Shown here: piece after piece, positions 35,608 through 48,000 of the stretch
Numbering within the stretch: the first letter of the stretch is position 1
Layout: the number at the start of each line of letters is the position of its first letter
Assembly: GCA_038087875.1 (NCBI GenBank)
Contig: CM075987.1
Coordinates: 27,592,001-27,656,000 of the forward strand
Direction of reading: 5' to 3'
DNA: 64,000 nt
Source: Malacoraja senta
Taxonomy: Eukaryota
Program-made: the position numbers and the translations under genes
The notes under the pieces: generated by a model
The model's database searches: none
Told to the model about the DNA's origin: nothing
The model's input: only the letters and a program-made list of their open reading frames with translations

Positions 35608-35807
35608 NNNNNNNNNNNNNNNNNNNNNNNNNNNNNNNNNNNNNNNNNNNNNNNNNNNNNNNNNNNNNNNNNNNNNNNNNNNNNNNNNNNNNNNNNNNNN
35701 NNNNNNNNNNNNNNNNNNNNNNNNNNNNNNNNNNNNNNNNNNNNNNNNNNNNNNNNNNNNNNNNNNNNNNNNNNNNNNNNNNNNNNNNNNNNNNNNNNNN
35801 NNNNNNN
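35608..35807. other. Scaffold gap (200 N placeholder)
   Basis: Exactly 200 consecutive n. Confidence 0.99.
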
Positions 35808-35869
35808 TCTTTCATTCATTCAGCCAGCTTGGCAAAGATCAGAGCAAGTTGTGTTGTTCAGTCCATTAC

Positions 35870-36025
35870 CTGCTCAGCTGCGGCCTGGTCAGTAGATGTC
35901 CGAGCTTTACGCAATAGTGACCGGACATTCCCCAGCTCCTCCTCGTATGATTTGCGGAGTTCCTCCATCTCCAGCTCTGCTCGCTGCTGCTCTGCTACTG
36001 CTTTCCTCTTCCTCTCTGCTGAACT
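35870..36025 (-). CDS. FKBP15: FKBP15 exon SSAERKRKAVAEQQRAELEMEELRKSYEEEL...STDQAAAEQ
   Basis: ggtcag|AGT...CAG|gtaatg; 156 nt. Confidence 0.94.
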
Positions 36026-39000
36026 CTGACCACAAAAACATTCAGTCACCACAAGATCTTCCAACGGACGAACAAACCATTTTTTTTTACATCAAACCCA
36101 CACCCTTCCAGACTTTCTCCTCCTGCAGTTAATTGTCTCCTGGTGTTGAAGTTCTAGCGAAACAAGTTTAAGAGAGGTTAAAATAATGATCTAGGGAGAG
36201 CTAGCAAACTGGATACAACGTTGGCTTCATGGAAGGAAGCAGATGGTGGTGTTGGAAGGGTATATTTCACACAGGTCTGTGACGAGTGCTGGGCCTCAGG
36301 GATTGGTGCCGGGCCCATTTCTTTTTTATGTTTTTTTAAGGCGGAGAATGACAGATTCTTGATTAGTATGTGTGTCAGGGCTTATGGGGAGAAGGTTAGG
36401 AGAATGGAGTTGAGAGGGGAAGATAGATCGGCCACGTTTGAATGTGCGGAGTAGACGTGATGGGCCAAATGGCCTATTTCTGCTCCTAGAACTTATCAAT
36501 TGCTGTTTATGGTTTAAATCAATGATTTGGGTGAGAAGTACAAGGCACAATTAGCAAGTCTGCAGATGACACCAAAGTAGGAGGTATCATAGATAGTGAA
36601 GATGGTTATCAAAAAGTGCAGCAGGATCTGAGGAACGATTATAGAGTCATAGTGATAGTGTGGAAACAGGCCCTTCAGCCCAACTTGCCCACACCACCCA
36701 ACATGTCCCAGCTACACTGATCCCATATGCCAACACTTGGTCCATATCCCTCCAGACCTGTCCTATCCATGTACCTGTGTAACTGCTTCTTAAACGTTGG
36801 GATAATCCCAGCCTCAACTACCTCCTCTGGCAGCTTTTTCCATACATCCACCGCCCTTTGTGTGAAAAAGTTACCCTCAGATTCCTATTAAATCTTTTCC
36901 CCTTCACCTTAAACCTATGTCCTCTGGTCCTTGATTCCCCTACTCTGGGCAAGAGACTCTGCATCTACCTGATCTATTCCTCTCATGATTTTATACACCT
37001 CTATAAGATCACCCCTCATCCTCCTGCGCTCCAAGGAATAGAGACCCAGCCTGCTCAACCTCTGCCTATAGCTCCTACCCTCTAGTCCTGGCAACATCTT
37101 CGTAAATCTTCTCTGTACCCTCTGCACCAGCATCTGCAATTCTTTCCTACACATTCTCTGTATCCTTTCCAGCTTGACAACATCTTTCCTATAACACGAT
37201 GCCCAGAACTGAACACAATACTCTAAATGTGGCCCCACCAACGTCTTATACAACTGCAACATGACCTCCCAACTTCAATAATCTGGCTGATGAAGGCCAA
37301 TGGAATTTAATACAGAGAAGTACAGGACATTTTTATTCGGGAAAGAACAGGACCTTTGGTGAATAGTAGGGCCTTGGAGAGTGTTGTAGAACAGAAGGAT
37401 CTAGGAGTACAGCTACATATTTCCTTAAAAGTAGCGTTACTGGTAGGTAGGGTGTGAAGAAGGCTTTTGGTACATTTGCTTTCATCAGTCAGCGTACTGA
37501 GTACAAAAGTTGGGATGTTATGTTATAGTCGTTAGTGAGGCTGCGCTTGGAATAAATACTGTGCTCAGTTTTGGTCACCTTGCTATGGGAAGAATGTCAT
37601 TAAGCTGGGAAGAATGCACAGAAGATTTACGAGGATGTTGCCAGGTCCAGAGGGCTTGAGCTATAGGGAGAGGCTGGACAGGCTAAGAGTTTATTCCTTG
37701 GAGCGCAGGAGGCGAAGGGGTGACGAGGGAATAGATTGGGGGAATGCACAGCCTTTTAGTGACCTTTTATCAGAAAGATCATCAATTCTGATAAAAGTTC
37801 TGATGAAATGTTTACTCTCTCTTTCGCTCTCTCCACAAATGTTATTTGACTTCTTGGTTTTATTTCTTAAATCACGCTTGCTCATCAGAGCTGCTTTGGA
37901 AGGATGAAGCAAACATTTTTATCACACAAATTGTTCATTGATTTTTGCTTCTTTACATGTTCCCGTTCCACAAACCCAGCAAAGGAATCTTGATCTCAAA
38001 CTCGTTCAGCAAATGTGAGCAATCACTGAGCTTGAGTCGTGCACACTCCCTGACAGGAAAGTGACGTAGCATTTCCAGACGTTGCAAAAGGCTCAAAACA
38101 AAAAACAAAACCACTTTCTAAATATCATCCATTTGGGCATCATGGCTTGAGAACAGAAGCAGTTCATCCCTGGCCCCATTTTGAGAGAAAAGGACAATCT
38201 TCAAACAGTAGAAACAAGGAACTGCAGATGCTGGTTTACACAAAAGGACACAAAGTGCTGGAGTAACTAAGGCAGTCAGGCAGCATCTCTGGAGAGCATG
38301 CATAGGTGGCGTTTCGGGTCTAGTCTGAAGAAGGGCCTCGATCCAAAACATCACCTATCCATGTTCTCCAGAAATGTTGCCTGACCCGCTGAGTTACTCC
38401 AGCACTCTGTGAAACGTCACCTATCCATGTTCTCCACAGATGCTGCCTGACCCGCTGAGTTACTCCAGCACTCTGTGAAACGTCACCTATCCATGTTCTC
38501 CACAGATGCTGCCTGACCCGCTGAGTCCAGCACTCTGACCTTATCTGCAAGTTGAGTAGAGTGGACATCACCAGGAATGTGTAGGTAGAAAGCTGCACAT
38601 CAGAACCTTATGGCACATCAACAAGCTGCAATGTCACACACAGAGATTCACACACTGGGGATGAGTAAAAACTGTGGCCAATCTCACCTTTACAAGGTTG
38701 TCCTTCTCGGCTCGTAGGTCCACTAGTTCCTCTTCCATGCCAGCCACCTTCACCTCCAGCTGCTTGCGGCTCTGCTTCTCTGCCTTGCACTTGGTCTGAG
38801 CTCTCTCCGATACCTCCTGCAGCTCTGAGGTGGACAGGCAGACGGAACAAGTCAGCGGCCTCGCGTCTACCAAAACCAGACACGGCTGAGACAGCCAGGC
38901 ACGGGCCCCTTGTGGACTCACAGCAATGTCTGTCTGAGATTCGAGTTTCACTGTACCTAATTGGTACACGTGACAATAAAGAGACCTTTGAAACCTTTGA

Positions 39001-42000
39001 ATGACCACACTACACCCACCCAAACTGTAACATGGGCAAAGATGCAAGAAACACAATCACAGGGTTGACTGGACACACACTATTTGTCAGTAGATGTAGG
39101 AAGGAACTGCAGATACTGGTTTACACCGAAGATAGACACAAAATGTTAAAGTAACTTAGCGGGTGAAGCAGCATCTCTGGAGAGAAGGAATGGTGAAGTT
39201 TCAGATCGGAACCCGTCTTCAGACTCGAGAATTTTGAAGAATCAAGAATGAGTCTGAAAAGGGTCTCGACCAGAAACGTCACCCATTCCTTCTCTCCAGA
39301 GATGCTGCCTCTCCCGCTGAGTTACTCCAACCTACTTTGTGTCTATCTTTTATTTGTCAGAATCTGTTAATCGTGACTTTGGTGATGGCTTCTTGGCCAC
39401 TGAAATCTCTATCCTCTGGTCACTGATGTTAGTTTGATATCTGAAATACATTTCCAGAGAGATGATGGAATCAGATACAATGAGGCATTTGGTTAGACAC
39501 TTAAGTAGCCATGGTATAGAAGATAGACACAAAGTGCTGGAGTAACTCAGCGAGTCAGGCAGCATCTCTGGAGAAAAAGGATGGGTGAATTTTGGGTCGA
39601 GACCCTTCTTTAGACTGAGAGTCAGGGGCGAGGGAAACGAGAGATATAGACGGTGATGTGGAGAGATACAGAACAAATGAATGAAAGATATGCAAAAAAG
39701 TAGCGATGATCAATAAAACAGGCCATTGTTAGCTGTGGGCTGGGTGAAAACGAGTTATAGACAATGAGACTCAACAAGACAACTTTGAAACTGGAACAAT
39801 GACGTGTGGGGAGGGGTGGAGAGAGAGGGGATGAAAGGGTTATATGGGCCTGTCCCACTGTACGAGTTCACCCAAGAGCTCTCCCGAGTTTTTAAAAAAT
39901 CAAACTCGTGGTAAGCACGTAGAATGTACGTAGCGGGTACGTCGGAGCTCGGGACGTTTCTTAGCGGCTCGTAACGCTAACGGCAGGTACTTGGGAAACG
40001 CGATAAGCTCGTGAAGATTTTTCAACATGTTGAAAAATGTCCACAAGAGCTCCGAGTACCTACGAGCGGCCATTACCGTAATTCTCCGAGTTCGAATCAG
40101 GGGAAACTCGGGAGAACTCTTGAATTAACTCATACAGTGGGACAGGCCCATGAGTGAGGTTGGAGAAGTTGTGAGACTGCTGTGCACCTGATAACTGCAT
40201 CTCCACGCTGCTGAGGCACAGTCCTTGGTCCTCTGCTTTCTGCTGTGCCGACGCCAGCTGAGTACGCAGCTCCATCTCCTTCTTCTGGTGGGCCGTCAGC
40301 TCTAACTGCAGCCTGCCGATCTGGCCCGTGGCCAACGCAAGCTCCTCCGTCACCTTCACCTGCGCACAGGGGGACAAAGAAACACCCAGCCTTTTACTTC
40401 ATGGGGTTAGGAGGCCTTCAAACATGTTACCCCAGCTTCTCTCCCTCCACAGAGCAGCTTACCAATTTATCTTAAATGGATATAAAGGAGGCATTCAACA
40501 TCAGGAGGAGCCGCCATCTTGGGGAACGGCTGCTAACCAGCAGCCGTCCGTTAAATCCACTTTTTTCTTAGTTTTCGTTTTTTTAATGTCTTTGTCTGTT
40601 GGTGGAGTTTTGACTTTTCATGTGGGGGGGTAAGGGGGAAACTACTTCTAGGTCCCTACCTGGTCGGTGAGGCAGCTTTTTCTCCGGGCTGCCCCGTCGA
40701 CCCGTCCTTGCGGCCTACCAGCAGGCGTGGAGCGGCGTTTCCTGGCGGGGACTGCCCAGCACCTTCAGTTTCGGTGGCGGCACAGCGCTGGAGCGCCATC
40801 GCAGAGCGGAGCGGGCGATACCTTGCCTGGGTCACCACGCTGGATCGACGCGCTGGAGCTCCGGTGAGCTGCGACCGCCGAGCTCAACACCTCTGGGCTG
40901 CGGGACTGCGGAGCGACCAGCCGCGGGCGGCGGCGCCGACTCCAACATCGGGAGCCTCTGAGCTCCAAATCGGCGCGGCCTTGTTGGCTTCAGGTGCCTC
41001 GGACTCCGGTAGGGAATCGGCCGTTCCAGCCGTCCCAGCTGCTGCGAGGACTCTCCCGACGCCGGGGCAAACTGCACCCGGCGAGAACGGCCAGGAACAT
41101 CGGGCCTCCGTAGAGGCAACTGTGGAGGCCTCAATATGCCGTCTTTGGGAGAACTGGGGTTGGGGACTGGACATTGTGCCTTCCCCCACAGTGGTAATCA
41201 TTGTGTGGGGATGATTTTTGTGTGTAAATGTTAATTGATTGTTTTACTTTGTGTCCAAGATGGCTGCCGGAAGGGGGAGTGGACGCTGGCGCATATTAGC
41301 AGCCGCTGCTCTCTCTTCCATATTGTGTTTTTGATTTTTGTGTTCGGATTGAATTCTGTTTTTAATTTGTGTACTTGTGATGTCTTTACTATTTATTTCA
41401 TTCCGTTTACATGTTTCTACTGTAAAATCTGTAAGGTGTCCTTGAGACTGGAAAGCGCCCATAAATAAAATGTATTATTATTATTATTATTATTGTCTAC
41501 TGTGGAAATCTTTGCCTCAGACAGTTGTGGAGACCAAGTCAATGGATATTTTTAAGGCAGAGATAGATAGATTCTTGATTAGTACGGGTGTCAAGGGTTA
41601 TGGGGAGAAGGCAGGAGAATGGGGTGAGGAGAGAGAGATTGATCAGCCATGGTTGAATGGCAGAGTAGACTTGATGGGCCGAATGGCCTAATTCTGCTCC
41701 TATCACTTACGAACATGAATCTCAGTAGCTTTTTAAAACAAAACGTTTGAGTTTATTGTCCTGTTGACAGAACATGGGTGCAAAGCTGCCAAAGCAGCTG
41801 CACAACACAAACCTGGCCCTTCACCAAGTGCCTCCAGGTAAATAGGACTTCAGAGTTTTAGTTTAGTTCATTGTCAAGTGTACCGAGGTACAGTGAAAAG
41901 CTTTTGTTGCATGCTAACCAGCCAGTGGAAAGACAATACAATCACGCCATCCACAGTGTACAGATACATGATAAAATTACCTCTTAAGAGACAAAGTGGT

Positions 42001-45000
42001 TGATAACTAAATCCCTTCAGACATAACTCTAATTTTAAGGCACTATAGCAGGTTCTATTATTATTGGTATATTATTGCCAGGTGTACTGGGTTATTTTGC
42101 CTGAGATCAGGAATGCATCGTTAGCACACGAGATGTCCGCTCAAGAGTCTGATAACAACAGAGAAGAAGCTGTTGGTGAATCTGGTGGTACACACTTTCA
42201 AGCCTCTGTATATTCTGCCTGACCGGAGGATCGTGCTTGAGAGTGAGTGTGGTCCTCGATAATGTTGGCTGTGAAGTCCAGGTGGATTTGGTTGCTCGGT
42301 CGGGGGAAGGAGAGGCTGGTTTGTGTGATGGAATGGGCTGCGTTCACAACTCTGACGTTTCTTGCAGTTTTGAGCAGAGGATCTGGACTGTGTGAGTACC
42401 ATAGAGAGTAGTCTCCAGCCACCCTGTAAAATGTGATAAATCTACCACACACTGCTAGATTCTACTCCTATCCCCCTTAGATCGGCCCTTTATCTTCCAC
42501 ATTCAGGGGCCAGACCACCTCGTACTCATCACATCCTTCATCCCCACTATCATTTTGCTGCATCTACAATGCAGATCCGCCAAGGCCATTTGAATTACGA
42601 TGAGTAGAATTGAATGCAGCATTCTAAACGGCGTGTAGTCAAAACCTGGGCCGCTTTGTATTCCAGCTTCCTCAAGATGAAGACCAATATACAACTAGCT
42701 CCTTTTGTTCCTCTCACTGACCTGTGCTTACACCCCATGACCACTGTGCTATTCCACCATTCATAGCTTCTCGTTATTTTGGAATAATCCGCACTATTAC
42801 TTGCATTCAAAGGGAAACGAGTTCACACAATCTGAAGAAGTGATAGTCTGAAGAAGGTTCCCGACCTGAAACGTCACCCCTCCTTTTTCTCCACAGATGA
42901 TGTCTGTCCCGATGAGTTACTCCAGTACTTTGTATCTATCTATGGTATAAACCAGCATCTGCAGTTCCTTCCTACACATTTCTACACACAATCAACATTG
43001 GACAAACAAAGTGCAATTCAGTTGATCTGACGGCCTATTGCAATGTTCCATTACCAATGTGCCAACTAAAACGGTAAACAAATCAGTGCCATTTTGGTGG
43101 CACAGCGGTAGAGTTGCTGCCTCACAGCACCAGAGACCCGGGTTCCATCCTGACTACGGGTGCTGTCTGTACGGAGTTTGTACGTTCTCCCCGTGACCTG
43201 CGTGGGTTTACCCAGGGTGCTTCGGTTTCCTCCCACACTCCAAAGACGTACAGGTTTGTAGATTACTTGGGCTTGGTAAAATTGTAAATTGTCCCTAGTG
43301 TGTAGGATAGTGTTATTGTGTGGGGATCGCTGGTCTCGGACTCTGAGCGCAGACTCAGTGGACCAAAGGGCCTTTTTCTGCGCTATATCTCTAAACCAGG
43401 CTGGAGCAAGTCCAATTGCTCACTTACACTCTTATCATTCTGGGCCATTTCTAGATCTCGGTAATATCCACTGATTCAAACATCTCCCAACATTCATTTG
43501 CAGTTTTGACTGTCAATAGTTCTGCCCATTCTATCCAGTTTAATTTGTGTCACATAACTCCAAATTTTGGCTTACCTAAACTTAAAATCATAGTTTGTGA
43601 CTTCCTCTTTTCCCTACAAACCTAACTTCAGCTGTAATACTCATAACTAAACCTAACGCCATGTGTTCCCTTGTAATGTGCCTGGGAATCTCCATCACAA
43701 TAATTACTACATTTGAGTCTACAACTGCTTTGCTTTGTTCTGTTTGTGGAAAAATTAGTGATTTCCACTTGGTTTTTGCAAAAAGCTTCTCTAAATTCCA
43801 GTACTTTATTACCAAGAAGTGGAAGTTTGTAGAGGACTACACTCTTGTGTTGTTTCCCATTTCTATGCAGTCTCCACTGTCTACTCACCCTTACGGATGG
43901 TCGTAAACACCACTGATATGGGTAATCCTACTTTCCAATCTCCTAGTTGTATCTTTGTAAACAATATAAGCACCTCCCCATTGTGCCCAACTTGTAATTA
44001 GATCTCAGTCTCAGCCACTACGTCATGAGTAGTACATTACTTCAAACCGCTGCACTAGATCATCGGTTCTGTCGTTTTATAGATTTTATTTGTTTTAGAG
44101 ATATATATAGCATTTAAAACAGGCCCTCCAGCTACAGATCCACACCGACCACTCATCACCCTCACAACTTTCAATGTTATCTCACTTTCCACCTCACCTC
44201 TCCCTATAGACTAGTATCATTTATATTCCTGAAGCCAATTATCCAACCAATTTGCAATGCTACAGATGAGAAGGCAGAAAGTAAGAGACTTGCTTTACAT
44301 CGAGGTTATCTACAGATTAGTTTCACAAGTTTAGTTCAAGAACGGGACATAAATTCGTGGATAGAGTAGAATTAGGCCATTCGGCCCACCAAATCTACTC
44401 TGCCATTCATCATGTTTGATCTATCTCTCCTCCTCACCCCATCTCCTGCCTTCTCCCCATACCCCTGACACCAGCTCCTTATGCTGATACCATGGAATGG
44501 TAAAGCTCTTCCCCACCTTGTCAACACAGCAGCATGGTTATCTTTCCCATTATCCTTTGACTTGTACCAATCCCGCACCATACTTGCACCCTGCACAATC
44601 CCACAAACCCCACTCGGTGTGTAGCACCCGCCTGTGAAGAAGCCAACAGTGCAATAAAACAGCCCTGTACTTTAACATGACTGGCCAAGCCGCAAAAACC
44701 TCCCATGCACAAAATGCCAGGAAGAGTTCTGAACCTATCCCCGCTACTAACCAGATATAAGCATTAATAACATCATAGTGCACCATCTACACAACCCTTT
44801 TCCTTCACAACTCAATGACTCAGCACAGCATTGACTAACTCTATACCAACCACACAAAGCTCTCTAACATAAACTAGACCAGGCTCAATAGGATACATTA
44901 AACGATGATATTGAACATCCCAAGTGATGCAGACCACAATCTCAGGAAAGGAGTAAGATGGGAGCTCTCCTCTCCTGCCCAAGGTTTTAGTTTAATTTAG

Positions 45001-48000
45001 TTTAGAGATACAGCACGGAAACAGGCCCTTCGGCCGACTGAGTCCACGCCAACCAGCAATCCCGTACAATAAAACTATCCTACACACTGGGGACAATTTA
45101 CAATCACATCAAGACAATTAACCTACATACCTGTACGTCTTTGGAGTGTGGGAGAAAACTGGAGATCCCGGAAAAAACCCACGCAGGTCACAGGGAGAAC
45201 GTACAAACTCCATACATACAGCACCCGTAGTCAGGAATGAAGCTGGGTCTCTGGCTCTGTAAGGCAGCAACTCTACCCAACGCTGCGCCACCATGCCGCC
45301 CTACTATAATCCTCGGACCTTTACTGTGGGTGGGTAGGGTGGGTAGCAGTGAATAAGCAATCTGAGACTCAACGCCACAGCTTGGGGGCTTTCCCACGTA
45401 TCCCGTGGCTTTGACATGCATGCTCCAGGGGAGGGTGAGGGGAGGATTTGCAGAGAGATGAAGAGAAGTAGCGGGTGGATTGTGCTGCTATTATTCAGCA
45501 GAAAGGCCAGCGGGTTAATGCTTTAATTACAATGAGAACCCCAGGAGAAAGGGCAGGAGATGATACCAAGCACAGACTAAAGCAGCAAGATGCACACCCT
45601 CACCTGTGCTCTTGCCAGCTCCACTGGCAATGCAAGCTAGGAAGAGAAAGTAAACTGACAGTCAAGTGCAGCACGTACTAAGTGAAGCCAGGAACAGAGC
45701 AAGAACACAGACACAGTCATTGCGACTTTGAAACATCAAACATAATTGACACAGTTTAATGAGTTGACCATACACTGCAGAAACGCATGCTCCCTGCACT
45801 GATACACCCCCTGCACCTACACACACACTCCCTTCCTCAATCCCAACAAGTTAGACTTGCCATGAAATAGATTAGTACGGGTGTCACGGGGTACGGGGAG
45901 AAGGCAGGAGAATGGGGTTAAGAGGGAAAGATAGATAGATCAACCATGATTGAATGACGGAGTAGACTTGATGGGCCGAATGGCCTAATTCTGCTCCTAT
46001 CAACATGAACATTATGCTTTCCCTATATGTTTGTAGCGACTATCAGTCTTGCTGAATAAGTAATCAAATACAAGGCAGCTGGTCCCAGCTGAAGTAGCTG
46101 CTCATCTTGTCACGGAGCCACCCACTGTAGGCGACTGACAAAACAATGGCACTTACTTACTCACTAATGTTATCTGAAAAACCTCAACATCGCCTTCAAC
46201 ATCTAAAGCCCTCCCACCATCAACGAGCACAGGGGAGGTGTGCGAGAGATGCTTTCACTTTTGTTTAGTTTAGAAAAGAGATTCAGCATGGAAACAAGCC
46301 CTTCGGCCCACTGAGTCCGCGCCAACCAGCAATCCCCGCACACTAACATTATCCTACACACACGACAATTTACCGAATTAGGTTAATCAGCTTGGTATAA
46401 TTGTAATTTGTCCCTAGTGTGTGTAGGATAGTGTAAGTGTGTGAGGATCGCTGGTCGCCACAGACTCACGAGCTTTTTGTGTCTATCTTTGGTTTAAACC
46501 AGCATCTGCAGGTCCTTCCTACGCAAGAATATGGAATGATTTAGTTCCAGAAAGGAAAAGTAAACACAAGGTCGAGGATTAAAAAGGTGTTAGGCAACTC
46601 GGGAGATTATTAGTTACTGTAACAGATCGAAGAGGAAAGGCATAAAAGGGATGGACTCAGAACTGTTAGTAAGAGGGAGTAGGGAGAGCGAGAGAGGCTG
46701 TACACGAACAGAAGAGAATCAGCAGTCAACAGAAGATGGTCAGAGGAACGGATACTGCCCCACAATTACTTGCTGGAGGACCAACAAGGGTTCACGGAAC
46801 AGACTGTGACGGCCACCTGTTCAATATTATTTGTACTGCGTGTAAATTACTTAATACATCTGTAGCACTGACAGCAATATATCTGCCCCCCCCGGATTGG
46901 TTTATTGTAGTCATCAACTTGAACAATTTGCTCAAGTTAAATTACATTGAATCTTGAACGCGGCAAATATCTAAAATTGACAGAAGTTTGCGTAGCCTGA
47001 ATTTAGTTAATTTTCCACAAAATAATGACACCTCACCAACTTCTAATTGATATTTTTTACCACAACAGTAGTAGAAAATGCGCCCTATTTTTTGTAAATT
47101 ATCGGCTCAAATGGAAAATTCACACTGTACATTTGGAAGTTAAATGCAGTTACAGTCACTCAGCTCCATTGTAAACCAAGCTACATTTTATGATACAAAA
47201 GGACACAGAGTGCTGGAGTAACTCAGCGGGTCAGGCAGCATCTGTGGAGAACATGGATAGGTGACGTTTCCTGTCGAGACCCTTCTTCAGATCCGAAAAG
47301 GCACCTTTCCATGTTCTCCAGAGATGGTGCCTGATCTGCCGAGATACTCCAGCGCTTTGTGTCCTTTTGTGTATTAACCAGCACCTGCAACTCTATATTT
47401 CTGCATTCTATGATCATCATCCTCATTCTCTGCTGTTTCACACAAAAACTACTTTGTAGTATGAGAAGGACTAACAACCAGAATAATCTTGTTTTAACTT
47501 GGCAGAACGGAGGTATTTCAGTTACAAATCCAGGAACTAATATAATTCTAATATCCTTTTCAATTAAACTTTAAAACAATTTTGTGCAAAAAAAATGAAG
47601 ACATTTGGAAAATACAAAGAGAGTAGGAATTAATGAACTTGGTTGATACAGCTAGCAATACAACCAAAGGGAACAAATTGTGGTGCGTTCAGAAAAAATG
47701 ATCCTGCTTGAAACAGTAATGAAGAAACATAGATTAAAGGGTGCAGCTGTTCAAATGGGATTCAACACACTGACATTTAAACTGGTGTAGACCAAGACCT
47801 CCTTGATAATACAGAAAATGACAAATATTGGATCACAAGAATATTTACTTACATGTGCAATTGTGTTTTTGAAGATAATTTTTTTTAAAGACATACATAC
47901 ACATTTTTTTTAAAGACATACATACACATACAAACCGCAGACCACCAACATCGAGCAGCCGCGGTCTGCGGTCTGTGGTCTGCGGTTTGAGGGCATCCCG

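Noticed and set aside
35526..36029. ORFs spanning X runs
   Set aside because: Artefacts of the N gap; the real coding part is the minus-strand FKBP15 exon
40708..41214. 168-aa Ala/Arg-rich ORF and overlapping ORFs
   Set aside because: GC-rich repeat is open in many frames; no domain signature
44517..44590. Possible extra FKBP15 exon GASMVRDWYKSK...
   Set aside because: Poor polypyrimidine tract, weak GTGGGG donor, 74 nt would shift the frame, no recognisable homology
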